A stretch of 64,000 nt of DNA from an uncultured Pelagibacteraceae bacterium (GCA_902530715.1 CACABD010000001.1:1601-65600), one strand, 5' to 3'; shown: positions 10,133-20,886, counted from the stretch's first letter. The notes: generated by a model not told the origin, from the sequence alone. Translations and numbers: made by a program.

Positions 10133-12414
10133 TTTTTTTTGTAATCAATTATTTCAGCCGAATAAGCCGCAACAGATGCTAAATTTAATATGTCTGATGT
10201 TGAACTTCTCAATGGAGCGATCTCAATAGCTTGTCCTAAACCTATTAAAAGCGGTCCAATTAACTTTGCCCTACTCATAGATTGTATCATCTTATATGAT
10301 ATAGCAGCACTGTGTTGACTTGGCATAATCAAAACATTTGCATTTCCAACAATTTCAGAAAATGGATAAAGTTCCTGAAACATATCTTCTAAAGCGACAT
10401 CTGGCTGCATTTCGCCATCAAATTTAAAATCAACCTTCTTCTTTTTTAGAAGTTCAACTGCATCGCTAATTCTTTTCGTTCTGTCAGTAGTAGGTTGGCC
10501 AAAAGTAGAATGAGATAAAAAAGCAATTTTTGGATCAAACCCAAACAATCTTACAACTCTTGCTGCCGAAACAGCCATCTCTGCTAACTGTGTTTCATCT
10601 GGATATTCAATTACTGTGGTATCACAAATAAAAATAGTTTTTCCTCTGTTTACAACCATATTTAAACCAAACATTATCTCTCCAGGTCTTGGGTCAACGA
10701 CTTTAGAGACCTTTTCCAATGATGCTGAATATCTTCTTGTATTTCCAGTAACCATCGCATCTGCATCACCACATGAGACCATACAAGCACCAAAAGTAAC
10801 CCTGTCATTCCTTACAAGCTTATCACAATCACGTTCTAATAAACCTTCTGATCTTTGAAGTTTTTTAAATAAAAATTCTGTATATTTTTTTCTTAGTTTT
10901 TCATTAGTAGAATTAACAATTTCGATGTCAAAATTCTCTCCATAACCAATTTCGTTTAATTTTTTTCTAACTATTTCCTTTTTCGCAATTAAAATAGGTG
11001 TGCCTAATTGACTATTTTTAAATGCAATTGCTGCTTTAAGATTATTTTCATCTTCTCCATCTGCAAATACTACTTTTTTCTGATTTTTTTTAATTTGAGA
11101 ATTGATACCTTGCATAACCGCTACAGTTGGATCCAATCTATTTTTAAGTTGCTCATAATAATTTTCAAAATTTTCAATTCCTATTCTGGCAACACCAGTT
11201 TTTATCGCAGCTTTAGCAACAGCGAGAGGTATTACACTAATAAGTCTAGGATCAAAAGTAGATGGAATAATATAATCTTTACCATATACTGGTCTCTCCC
11301 CACCCATTGCAGCAACCACTTCATCAGGAACTCTTTCTCTTGCAAGCGAAGCTATCGCATGGACTGCAGCAACTTTCATTTCTTCATTTATTGTTTTTGA
11401 TCTAACATCAAGAGCACCTCTAAAAATATATGGAAAGCCAATTAAATTGTTTACTTGATTAGGATAATCTGATCTACCAGTTGCAATAATCGCATCATCT
11501 CTAACTTCTTCGATTTCTTCAGGAGTAATTTCTGGATCAGGATTGGCGCAGGCAAAAATTATAGGATTGTTTGCCATACTTTTCACCATGTCTTTTTTAA
11601 GAACTCCTGCTTGAGACAGACCCAAAAAAACGTCTGCATTTTTTATAGCATCTTTTAAAATTCTATCATTTGTTTCAATAGAGAATTCATTTTTCCATTC
11701 ATTGAGGTTATCTCGGCCTTTATATATAACCCCCTTAGAATCAAGCATTTTGATTTTATTTTTATCTACACCTGAATTGATAAAAAGTTTTGCACATGCC
11801 ATTGCAGATGCGCCAGCACCATTTATAACAACCTGAATTTTATTCAACTTTTTTTTAGCAATATCGCATGCATTTATCAGTGCAGCGCTAGTTATAATTG
11901 CAGTACCATGTTGGTCGTCATGAAACACTGGAATATCTAATAATTCTTTTAATTTTTTTTCTATAATAAAACACTCAGGCGCTTTTATATCTTCAAGATT
12001 AATTCCTCCAAAACTTTTAGAAATATTTTTTATTGATTTAATTATTTCCTCTGTATCACTTGTATCAATTTCTATATCTATAGAGTCTATATCAGCGAAC
12101 CTTTTGAATAAAACTGCCTTTCCCTCCATAACTGGTTTTGAAGCTATAGCACCCAGATTACCCAAACCTAAAATTGCAGAGCCATTACTTATAACAGCAA
12201 CCAAATTTCCCTTAGTTGTGTAATCATAAGCTTTATCAGGATTTTCAGCAATTGCTTTTACTGGTGCTGCAACACCAGGCGAGTAAGCTAAAGCCAAATC
12301 TCTTTTAGAGGTCATCGGTTTGGAAGAAATTATCTCAATCTTGCCTGATTTATTGCTATTATGAAATTCTAATGCCTCTTTATCAGAGTAGTGTTCAACT
12401 TTATTTTTTTTCAT
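10129..12414 (-). CDS. maeB: NADP-dependent malic enzyme with PTA-like domain
   Basis: LALAYSPGVA, KPVMEGK, HDDQHGTA, GAGASA, ATGRSDYPNQVNN, DGEMQPD. Confidence 0.95.
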   Translation of the reverse strand: MKKNKVEHYSDKEALEFHNSNKSGKIEIISSKPMTSKRDLALAYSPGVAAPVKAIAENPDKAYDYTTKGNLVAVISNGSAILGLGNLGAIASKPVMEGKAVLFKRFADIDSIDIEIDTSDTEEIIKSIKNISKSFGGINLEDIKAPECFIIEKKLKELLDIPVFHDDQHGTAIITSAALINACDIAKKKLNKIQVVINGAGASAMACAKLFINSGVDKNKIKMLDSKGVIYKGRDNLNEWKNEFSIETNDRILKDAIKNADVFLGLSQAGVLKKDMVKSMANNPIIFACANPDPEITPEEIEEVRDDAIIATGRSDYPNQVNNLIGFPYIFRGALDVRSKTINEEMKVAAVHAIASLARERVPDEVVAAMGGERPVYGKDYIIPSTFDPRLISVIPLAVAKAAIKTGVARIGIENFENYYEQLKNRLDPTVAVMQGINSQIKKNQKKVVFADGEDENNLKAAIAFKNSQLGTPILIAKKEIVRKKLNEIGYGENFDIEIVNSTNEKLRKKYTEFLFKKLQRSEGLLERDCDKLVRNDRVTFGACMVSCGDADAMVTGNTRRYSASLEKVSKVVDPRPGEIMFGLNMVVNRGKTIFICDTTVIEYPDETQLAEMAVSAARVVRLFGFDPKIAFLSHSTFGQPTTDRTKRISDAVELLKKKKVDFKFDGEMQPDVALEDMFQELYPFSEIVGNANVLIMPSQHSAAISYKMIQSMSRAKLIGPLLIGLGQAIEIAPLRSSTSDILNLASVAAYSAEIIDYKKN

Positions 12415-12464
12415 TGTTATTATTTATGTATACAATTGAGCCAATATTAAGACTAATATGATTT

Positions 12465-13994
12465 ATGAATATAATTAAGTCAACTGGGACTTTTAGTTTT
12501 TATACTTTAATAAGTCGTATTTTAGGTTATTTAAGAGATATTCTCTTCGCAATATCTCTTGGTTCTGGACCTTTGGCTGATGTTTTTTTTGTTGCATTTA
12601 GAATTCCTAATACTTTTAGAAGATTGTTTGGTGAAGGTTCATTCAATGCAGCGTTTATTCCAAGTTATTCTAAAGAATTAGTTAAGGGAAAAAAAAAATC
12701 TGAAAACTTTGCTAATAATGTTTTTAATATCTTAACAATTTTTTTGCTAGCATTGGTCATTTTAATTGAATTATTCATGCCTTTTTTTGTTTCATTAATA
12801 GCACCTGGTTTTAGATCAGACCCAGAAAAGTTTGTATTGGTTACTCAACTAACAAAAATCACCTTCCCTTTTATACTTTTTGTTAGTTTGGCATCTTTTT
12901 TTTCAGCAATTTTAAATTCTCACAATAGATTTGCTGCAGCCTCTGCTGCTCCGATTATTTTAAATATTTTAATGATTGGAGTATTGTTTTTTTGGAAAAT
13001 CTTAGATGATAAATTGGTTATTTATTTATCATATAGTGTATCAATAGCAGGTTTTTTACAGGCAATCTTTCTTTTAATGTTTGTTAAAAAATATTTTAAA
13101 CCAAAATTTGAAATTCATTTTATTATTACAAAACAAATTAAAATATTCTTTAAAAAACTCTTACCCAGTATATTTTCATCTGGTGTAACCCAAATTAATA
13201 TTTTAGTTGGCACAATTATAGCCTCTTTTCAAGCAAGCGCAGTTTCATACTTATATTATGCTGATAGGATCTACCAAATAAATCTTGCAATAGCAGGTAT
13301 CGCAATTGGAACCATTATATTACCTAGGTTATCAAAATATGTTCAACAAAATAAAAAATTAGATATTGAAAAAATTCAAAATAAATCTTTGGAATTATCA
13401 TTACTTTTAAGCTTTCCTGCAGCTATAGGCTTAATTATTGCAAGTGAAGAAATTGTATCATCATTGTTTGGTTATGGATCATTTGATGAAATAAGTGTAA
13501 AAAATTCTGCAAAGGCATTGCTATATTTTTCTTTGGGCCTTCCTGCATTTTCTTTTATAAAAATATTTTCAAGTTTTATATTTGCAAGAGATAACACTAA
13601 AGTTCCTTTTTACTTCTCTACCATCTCAGTTTTATTGAATATTTTAATTAGTATTTATTTTTTTAGAGATTTTGGTTTTATTATTATTCCAATAGCAACG
13701 TCAATTTCATCATGGGTAAATGCGATTCTATTATATGTTTATTTACACAGAGCAAAATATTTTAAATTTAATAAAGAATTAGTTATCCAATTTTCTAGAA
13801 TTTTATTTTCTTCAATAATTATGGGAATATTTCTTTATAAGTTAATTTCGTACTTTGGTAATCAATTATCTTATGAGAGTACTTATAAAGTTGTCTATAT
13901 GCTTTTTTTAGTAATATTAAGTATTTTAATTTATTTTACCATCTCGTTGCTTACAAAGGCTTTCAAATTAAGTGATATTAAAATAAAGTACTAA
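12465..13994 (+). CDS. murJ: Lipid II flippase
   Basis: SRILGYLRD, AFRIPNTFRRLFGEG, YYADRIYQ; multi-TM. Confidence 0.95.
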   Translation: MNIIKSTGTFSFYTLISRILGYLRDILFAISLGSGPLADVFFVAFRIPNTFRRLFGEGSFNAAFIPSYSKELVKGKKKSENFANNVFNILTIFLLALVILIELFMPFFVSLIAPGFRSDPEKFVLVTQLTKITFPFILFVSLASFFSAILNSHNRFAAASAAPIILNILMIGVLFFWKILDDKLVIYLSYSVSIAGFLQAIFLLMFVKKYFKPKFEIHFIITKQIKIFFKKLLPSIFSSGVTQINILVGTIIASFQASAVSYLYYADRIYQINLAIAGIAIGTIILPRLSKYVQQNKKLDIEKIQNKSLELSLLLSFPAAIGLIIASEEIVSSLFGYGSFDEISVKNSAKALLYFSLGLPAFSFIKIFSSFIFARDNTKVPFYFSTISVLLNILISIYFFRDFGFIIIPIATSISSWVNAILLYVYLHRAKYFKFNKELVIQFSRILFSSIIMGIFLYKLISYFGNQLSYESTYKVVYMLFLVILSILIYFTISLLTKAFKLSDIKIKY

Positions 13995-13995
13995 C

Positions 13996-14997
13996 ATGGC
14001 GGCAAAAAAAATATTTTCTGGTGTTCAGCCTTCTGGTAATCTTCATTTAGGAAACTATATAGGTGCTATTAAAAATTTTGTAAATCTTCAAAATGAGGAC
14101 AATGAATGTATATTTTGTGTAGTTGACTTACACGCAATAACCGTAAAACAAGATCCAAAAATTCTTAAAAAAAATATTAGAGAAACTGCTGCAACATTTA
14201 TAGCTAGTGGCATAAATCCAAAAAAAAGTATAATTTTTAATCAGTCATCTGTATCTGCTCATTCAGAAGCATCCTGGTTACTAAGTTGCGTTGCAAGAAT
14301 GGGATGGTTAAATAGGATGACTCAATTTAAAGAAAAGGCTGGTAAAGATAAAGAAAAAGCTAGTATCGGCCTTTATATTTATCCGATATTAATGGCAGCT
14401 GATATTCTTCTATATGATGCAACGCATGTTCCCGTGGGTGAGGATCAAAAACAGCATATAGAGTTAGCTAGAGATATATCAAAAAAATTTAATACGGATT
14501 TTAATTCAGCTGATTTTTTCAAAATTCCAGAACCTTTAATTCAAAAAAATTTTGCAAGAATAATGAGTTTAAAAGATGGAACAAAAAAAATGAGCAAATC
14601 AGATCCTTCTGATTTAAGTAGAATAAATTTGACTGATACAGATACTGAAATAATAAATAAAATTAAAAAAGCAAAAACAGATACGAACCCTTTTCCGACT
14701 AGTATTGATAATTTAAAGTCTCGGCCAGAGATTGAGAATTTAATTGGTATTCATTCGAATTTGAGCGGAATAAAAATTGAAGATTTGTTAAGTAAGTTTA
14801 ACGGTCAAAATTTTTCTTTATTTAAAGAACATTTATCAGAGTTATTGGTCAAAAAAATTTCTCCAATTTCTAGAGAAATAAATAGACTAAATAAAGATAT
14901 TTCTTATATAGACCAAGTTTTAAGGGAGGGTAGTGAAAAAGCTAAAGAATTATCGTCAAAAAAAATAGAAGATATTAAGAAAAAGTTTGGTTTTTGA
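13996..14997 (+). CDS. trpS: Tryptophanyl-tRNA synthetase
   Basis: SGVQPSG, HLGN, VPVGEDQKQH, KMSKS. Confidence 0.97.
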   Translation: MAAKKIFSGVQPSGNLHLGNYIGAIKNFVNLQNEDNECIFCVVDLHAITVKQDPKILKKNIRETAATFIASGINPKKSIIFNQSSVSAHSEASWLLSCVARMGWLNRMTQFKEKAGKDKEKASIGLYIYPILMAADILLYDATHVPVGEDQKQHIELARDISKKFNTDFNSADFFKIPEPLIQKNFARIMSLKDGTKKMSKSDPSDLSRINLTDTDTEIINKIKKAKTDTNPFPTSIDNLKSRPEIENLIGIHSNLSGIKIEDLLSKFNGQNFSLFKEHLSELLVKKISPISREINRLNKDISYIDQVLREGSEKAKELSSKKIEDIKKKFGF

Positions 14998-15042
14998 AAA
15001 TTATTTACTTTAAAAATCCAATCTTATACTTATATTTGTTGC

Positions 15043-15582
15043 ATGTTCGTTCAAATACAAACAACTCCAAATCCAAACTCATTAAAGTTCATTCCTGGAA
15101 AAAAAGTATCTTTAATTGGTCCGATAGAAATTACAGAAATTAGTAAAACAAATAATGAATTAATAAGAAATATTCTTTCAATAGATGGAGTTAAAGGTAT
15201 ATTTTTATCTGATGACTTTATCTCAGTTAACAAGGAAGACTCTTTTTATTGGGAAGATTTAAAACATATTATTATTTCATTTATCAATGATTATTTTGCA
15301 CAAGGAAATGAAAGTGTTATTTCAAAAATGATAGAGGAAAAGGATTTTGACACTTCTACGATTGAAGGGCAGATTATAAAAATATTAGAAACCAAAATTA
15401 GACCTGCAGTAGCTAGGGATGGTGGTGATATAAAGTTTAAAGAATTTAAAGATGGTGTTGTACGCGTGGAACTTCAAGGAGCTTGTTCAGGATGTCCAAG
15501 TGCGGCATTAACTTTAAAACAAGGTGTACAAAATCTACTTTGTCACTATATTCCTGAAGTTAGAGAAGTAGAGGCTATTTGA
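15043..15582 (+). CDS. NifU/Nfu-family Fe-S carrier
   Basis: TPNPNSLKF N-domain, IRPAVARDGGDI, GACSGCPS. Confidence 0.92.
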   Translation: MFVQIQTTPNPNSLKFIPGKKVSLIGPIEITEISKTNNELIRNILSIDGVKGIFLSDDFISVNKEDSFYWEDLKHIIISFINDYFAQGNESVISKMIEEKDFDTSTIEGQIIKILETKIRPAVARDGGDIKFKEFKDGVVRVELQGACSGCPSAALTLKQGVQNLLCHYIPEVREVEAI

Positions 15583-16736
15583 AAAAGATATTTCCAAATA
15601 AGTTGATAAAAAAAAATTTTAATCCAAATCAATTTCTAAAACTTAAGAAATTTTTATCTTCTCAAGGAATAATAATTAAAAAAAAATCTACATTTAAATT
15701 TGGATATGAAAAATTTAAAAATTTGTACTTAACAGGATTATCCAGTTTAGTTATAATTCTTATTGCTTTTATAATACCGATATTTTCTGAAATAAATCAA
15801 AAGGTTGTTAAAGATTTAAAATTTAATGAATCAAATAAAAAATTTAAAATAGTTCTTGAAGGAGATGACTTAGATAAAAAATCAAAAGTAGATGAGGGGC
15901 TAGATTTATCAAGTATTCTAGAAGACGTTTTTAAATTTGAGGATTTACCTCAAGATACTGTTAGACTTAGTGCTTCAACGATAGAACAGCTTTTTAGAGA
16001 TACGAATTACTCATTAAGTGAAGTCAGAAAAAGTAAAAAAGTTAAGCCCATAAGACTTTCCCTTTTACCAAATGAAATTAAACAAATTGAAAATTCAAAA
16101 AAAAGAAAGAATTTGTTTATTCAAATTATACTACCACTCATATTAGAAGAAAATAATCTTATTCTACTAGATAGAAAAAAGTTATTCAGCATATTAAACA
16201 AAAATAAAAACTCGAAAAAGGAGATAAACTGGTTAAATCGTAAATTTAAACAGTACGGAGTTTTAAATAAAGACATACCAACTTTAAAAGTGCGAATGGA
16301 TATAATTCCAGTCTCGTTAGCTATAGCTCAAGCAGCTAAAGAAACTGGATGGGGAACATCCAGGTTTGCTCTAGAAGGCAACGCATTATTTGGTCAATGG
16401 ACTTGGTCAGGTGACGGCATCAAACCAGCTGGAGCAGAAAGTGATACAAAACATAAAGTAATGAAATTTAAAGTATTAAAAGCTTCAGTAAGAGCTTATC
16501 AGAGAAATTTGAATACACATTCAAGCTATAAAAATTTTAGACAAATGAGAGCTCAACTTAGAGATGATAGTGAAAAACTTGACAGTTTATTATTAGCTGA
16601 TCAGTTAGATAATTACGCCGAAACTGGAAAAGAATATACAAAAATACTTAAACAAATTATTAACCAAAATTCTTTAAAAGATTTTGATGATGTAAAACTA
16701 ATGCCATTAAGTGTTAAATACAAAAATTTGATTTAA
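15579..16736 (+). CDS. Bax-like glucosaminidase-domain protein
   Basis: N-terminal TM, AQAAKETGWGTSRFALEGNALFGQW, NLNTH, YAE. Confidence 0.8.
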   Translation: MKKIFPNKLIKKNFNPNQFLKLKKFLSSQGIIIKKKSTFKFGYEKFKNLYLTGLSSLVIILIAFIIPIFSEINQKVVKDLKFNESNKKFKIVLEGDDLDKKSKVDEGLDLSSILEDVFKFEDLPQDTVRLSASTIEQLFRDTNYSLSEVRKSKKVKPIRLSLLPNEIKQIENSKKRKNLFIQIILPLILEENNLILLDRKKLFSILNKNKNSKKEINWLNRKFKQYGVLNKDIPTLKVRMDIIPVSLAIAQAAKETGWGTSRFALEGNALFGQWTWSGDGIKPAGAESDTKHKVMKFKVLKASVRAYQRNLNTHSSYKNFRQMRAQLRDDSEKLDSLLLADQLDNYAETGKEYTKILKQIINQNSLKDFDDVKLMPLSVKYKNLI

Positions 16737-17791
16737 TTAATTTCAATAGACATTTGTATACCTAGCCATCTCCAAATATCTCCATCTTTAATTGAGCAAT
16801 TTACTCTACCCCTTCTAAATGAAAATTTTTCCCTAAAATTGATTTCCAGAGTGTTTTCTCTAAATTTCATGATTGAACTCCTCCATTGGTCTCCCTCATT
16901 TGAAAAACAATTCATATTTTTAATATATTTTTGTTCATCAAAAAAATCTATCTCTACAATTGGCGGATTTTGCATCTTAGTTATAAATTTGTCTTCTGGT
17001 CTTAAATCTTTGTATGGTATAGGAAACAATTTAAGAATAAATTCAAACCTTTCTAAGTCTCCATATTTTTCATTTATGGGGAATCTTGGAAGTTCGTATT
17101 GGTTTTTACTTAAATCAATAACACCGGAATGTTGACCAAAACCATATTTAAACTTTTTATTTATAAATTGTGTTTGTCTTAAATTATATTCTCCAAACGG
17201 ATATGAAAAAAAAATCGAATTGTACCCCAATTTTTCTTTGAATATTTTCATAGATTTTTTTATATCATTTTCAAATTCAAGATATGAAAAATTTAATAAA
17301 TATTCATGACTGTGTGAGTGATTTCCAATATATGCAAAATCATAACTTGCCACTTCTTTAATTTGCTCCCAATTCATATAACCAGACTTTCCAACTGGCT
17401 CTGTGGAAACAAATAATATGAACGGTATTTTCTTTTCTTTAAGTATTGGCCAGGCGTTTTCATAAAATGATGAAAAAGCATCATCAATGGTAATTAAAAT
17501 TTTTTTATTTGTCTTAGGATTATTAAATTCAATATCAAATTTAGCTGGGTCGTAATATTCTATGTTATTTTTATTAATCAGTTCAAGTTGCTTTTTAAAA
17601 ACATCTATTTTAATATTTGTTGATGGATATTTATTTTCATTAAATCTATGATACATAATCGATACAACACCGTGATCTTTAGGATGAAACTTAATATTTT
17701 TCTCTGCAAGGGAAGGACTGATTATAAAAAATAAAATGAAAAAAAGTTTAATAATTGATGCTGCAAATGAAAAAATTATTTTCAAAATCAT
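16733..17791 (-). CDS. Polysaccharide deacetylase (CE4) family protein
   Basis: MYHRF, TIDDA, NHSHSH, FSYPFGEY; signal peptide. Confidence 0.88.
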   Translation of the reverse strand: MILKIIFSFAASIIKLFFILFFIISPSLAEKNIKFHPKDHGVVSIMYHRFNENKYPSTNIKIDVFKKQLELINKNNIEYYDPAKFDIEFNNPKTNKKILITIDDAFSSFYENAWPILKEKKIPFILFVSTEPVGKSGYMNWEQIKEVASYDFAYIGNHSHSHEYLLNFSYLEFENDIKKSMKIFKEKLGYNSIFFSYPFGEYNLRQTQFINKKFKYGFGQHSGVIDLSKNQYELPRFPINEKYGDLERFEFILKLFPIPYKDLRPEDKFITKMQNPPIVEIDFFDEQKYIKNMNCFSNEGDQWRSSIMKFRENTLEINFREKFSFRRGRVNCSIKDGDIWRWLGIQMSIEIN

Positions 17792-18116
17792 TGATAATGA
17801 TAAAATCTATACTAATGATTATGAAAACAGTAGAAAAAATTTTGATAAGTTTGCTGTTCTTTTATTCAATTTTTTGAATAAAAAGATAACAAGCTTTGAT
17901 AAGATAGATAAAGTTTTGGTTAACCTAGGACCTGGCAAATATTCAAGTATTCGGACTTCTATATCAACGTTAAAAGCTATAAATTTAATATATAAGTTTA
18001 AAATTTACGGTTTTTCATCAAAAGATGTTGTAAAATACGATTATTCCAGAGTTTTGGAATTATTAAAAAAAGGTAAATTGATAAAAAATTTGATTAAACC
18101 ACTTTATTTGAGTTAA
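17736..18116 (+). CDS. tsaB: Truncated TsaB (YeaZ)-like protein
   Basis: LIID, VNLGPGKYSSIR (cf. GPGSFTGxR); only 126 aa; position upstream of fur-miaB. Confidence 0.6.
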   Translation: MKKSLIIDAANEKIIFKIIDNDKIYTNDYENSRKNFDKFAVLLFNFLNKKITSFDKIDKVLVNLGPGKYSSIRTSISTLKAINLIYKFKIYGFSSKDVVKYDYSRVLELLKKGKLIKNLIKPLYLS

Positions 18117-18125
18117 AATAACAAT

Positions 18126-18552
18126 ATGACAGATACAATTGAGCAAAAATGTTTGGCTAAAGGAGTTAAACTAACTGATCAAAGAAGAACTATTGCTAGA
18201 GTTATATCAGAGTCCAAAAAACAATATGGAGAGTCTGATCACCCAGATGTAGATGAACTTTATAAAAGAGTTTCAGATATAGATAACAAAATAAGTATCG
18301 CAACAGTTTATAGAACAGTAAAATTGTTTGAAGAATCAGGTATTTTAATGAAACATGATTTTAAAGATGGTAAGGCTAGATACGAGCTAAATGATGATCA
18401 CAATCATCTAATCGATATAAAAAGTGGAAATATAATTGAATTCACAAATGAGGAAATTGAAAATATTCAAAAAAAAAATTGCAGAGAAACACGGATATAA
18501 ACTAGTAGATTCAAAATTAGAACTTTACTGTGTTAAAGATGAATCTAATTAA
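18126..18552 (+). pseudogene. fur: Fur-family regulator split by a +1 frameshift in an A10 run (real or sequencing error)
   Basis: LTDQRR, HPDVDELY, ISIATVYRTVKLFEE; natural C-terminus IAEKHGYKLVDSKLELYCVKDESN* lies in the next frame after 18469-18478. Confidence 0.85.
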
Positions 18553-18554
18553 TT

Positions 18555-19889
18555 GTGAAAAAAATTTTCATAAAAACCTTTGGATGTCAAATGAATGAAT
18601 ACGATACAAATCGTATTTATGATACTGTTAAGAATATTGGCTATTTCAAAACAAATGATCACCTAAATACAGACTGTTACTTACTAAACACATGTCACAT
18701 AAGAGATAAGTCAAAAGAAAAAGTTTTTGATGAGATCGGAAGGGTTAGAAAAAATTACAAAAACAAAAAAAAACCAATTATGATTGTAGCAGGCTGTGTT
18801 GCACAGGCAGAAAGTAGTGAAATGATAAAAAGAGAGCCATATATAGATATTATTATTGGACCTCAATCATATCACAAAATAAATAAAATTATTGAAAATT
18901 TTAACTTTAACAAAAAAGAGGAACTAACAGAATTTGATACTGAAGATAAGTTTAATTATTTAGATAAAATAAAAAATCATGACAGTAAAGTATCTTCTTT
19001 TTTGACAATACAAGAGGGTTGCGATAAATTTTGCAGTTTTTGTGTAGTGCCTTACACAAGAGGAGCAGAGTATTCAAGACCTTTTAAAAAAATTATTGAG
19101 GAAGCTGAAAGTCTAGTAAAAAACGGCACAAAAGAAATAACTTTGTTGGGACAAAATGTAAATGCATATTACTTTAAAGATAAAAATAAAAGTTACAAAT
19201 TATCTGATTTAATTTTAGAATTAGATAAAATAAATGATTTGATTAGAATTAGATATACAACATCACATCCAAAGGATATGACAGACGATTTAATTGAATG
19301 TTACTCTAGCTCGAAAAAATTGATGCCATTTATTCACTTACCAATTCAAAGTGGTTCAGATAAAATTTTAAAATTGATGAACAGAAATCATAAGGTAGAA
19401 AAATATCTTGAAACTTATAAACTTATAAAACAAAAAAACCATAACGTCGAATTCTCTAGTGATTTTATCATAGGTTATCCAGGGGAAATGGAATGTGATT
19501 TTAATGATACGATGAATTTGATAAAAGAAATTAAATTTATTAATTCTTACTCTTTTATATTTAGCCCTAGACCCGGTACTCCAGCATCCAAACTAGAGCC
19601 TGTTGACAATGAAATTGCTAAAGAAAGATTAATAAATTTACAAAGAGAGCTAGAAGGTCATCAAATAAAAAAGAACGCTTCCTTAGTAAATTCATCTGTT
19701 GAGGTTTTAGTAGAAAATAAGTTAAAAAATCAAAAGAATTATTTTGGAAGAAACGTTTTTTTAAACTCTGTTTTGTTCGAGGGTGAAGATAAATATATTG
19801 GAAAATTAGTTAATGTTAAAATTGAAAAAACTAATCGAAATACATTATTTGGAAGAATAGATAAAAATAAAAGTATGAGAGCAGCTTAG
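18555..19889 (+). CDS. miaB: tRNA methylthiotransferase
   Basis: TFGCQMN, NTCHIR, CDKFCSFCVVP, TRAM domain. Confidence 0.97.
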   Translation: MKKIFIKTFGCQMNEYDTNRIYDTVKNIGYFKTNDHLNTDCYLLNTCHIRDKSKEKVFDEIGRVRKNYKNKKKPIMIVAGCVAQAESSEMIKREPYIDIIIGPQSYHKINKIIENFNFNKKEELTEFDTEDKFNYLDKIKNHDSKVSSFLTIQEGCDKFCSFCVVPYTRGAEYSRPFKKIIEEAESLVKNGTKEITLLGQNVNAYYFKDKNKSYKLSDLILELDKINDLIRIRYTTSHPKDMTDDLIECYSSSKKLMPFIHLPIQSGSDKILKLMNRNHKVEKYLETYKLIKQKNHNVEFSSDFIIGYPGEMECDFNDTMNLIKEIKFINSYSFIFSPRPGTPASKLEPVDNEIAKERLINLQRELEGHQIKKNASLVNSSVEVLVENKLKNQKNYFGRNVFLNSVLFEGEDKYIGKLVNVKIEKTNRNTLFGRIDKNKSMRAA

Positions 19890-19890
19890 T

Positions 19891-20883
19891 TTGAGCACAG
19901 TCAATTATAAAAAAGCTATCGATGATCTGAAATTTGTCTATTCAGAAAATAATACTTTAAGTATTATATTTAAAAATAATGAAATTTTGATGGGTATTGT
20001 TGGTGAGTTTAATAATAATCTAAAAGACTTAGAGAAAATAACAGAGACAAGTATTTATTCTAGAGGAAATTCAATTTTAGTAAAAAGTACACCAAAAAAA
20101 AATGAAACAGTAAAAAATGCAATTGTTTTTTTATTTGATCAATTTATAAATAATGGTGCAATTGAAAAAAAAGATATTATATCCTCAGTAAACAAATTCA
20201 TGATTGAAGAAAAAACAGATAAAATTGAATATATTATAAAAACTCCCAAGAAGTCAGTAATTCCAAGATCAGAAAAACAAAAGAAATATGTTAGGGCACT
20301 CAAAAATAGCGAAATTATAATATCATCTGGGCCTGCTGGAACTGGAAAAACCTATTTAGCTGTGGCCGTTGCACTTACAATGCTGCTAGATAAAAAAATT
20401 GAGAGAATAATACTATCAAGACCTGCAGTTGAAGCTGGGGAGAGATTAGGTTTTTTGCCCGGTGATATGAGAGAAAAAGTAGATCCTTACTTACGACCTT
20501 TATATGATGCATTGTATGATCTTCTAGATTTTGAAAAAATTCAGAAACGTATTGAAATTGGAGATATAGAAATAGCTCCCTTAGCTTTTATGCGAGGAAG
20601 AACACTTAAAAATTCTTTTGCTATTTTAGACGAGTCTCAAAATGCAACTGACACACAAATTAAAATGTTTTTAACTAGAATAGGTGAAAATTCTAAAATT
20701 GTAATTAATGGCGATCCATCCCAAATAGATTTACCAAATAAATCTTTGTCAGGTCTTAAAAGATCTAAAGAGATTCTTGGACACCTAAACGAAATAACAG
20801 TGGTAGATTTTGATCACTCAGATGTTGTAAGACACCCTCTTGTTTCAAAAATTGTAAAAGCTTATTCTGATCAAAACTTTTAA
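19891..20883 (+). CDS. phoH: PhoH-like ATPase (YbeZ)
   Basis: GPAGTGKT, RPAVEAGERLGFLPG, MRGRTL, DVVRHPLV. Confidence 0.93.
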   Translation: MSTVNYKKAIDDLKFVYSENNTLSIIFKNNEILMGIVGEFNNNLKDLEKITETSIYSRGNSILVKSTPKKNETVKNAIVFLFDQFINNGAIEKKDIISSVNKFMIEEKTDKIEYIIKTPKKSVIPRSEKQKKYVRALKNSEIIISSGPAGTGKTYLAVAVALTMLLDKKIERIILSRPAVEAGERLGFLPGDMREKVDPYLRPLYDALYDLLDFEKIQKRIEIGDIEIAPLAFMRGRTLKNSFAILDESQNATDTQIKMFLTRIGENSKIVINGDPSQIDLPNKSLSGLKRSKEILGHLNEITVVDFDHSDVVRHPLVSKIVKAYSDQNF

Positions 20884-20886
20884 AAA

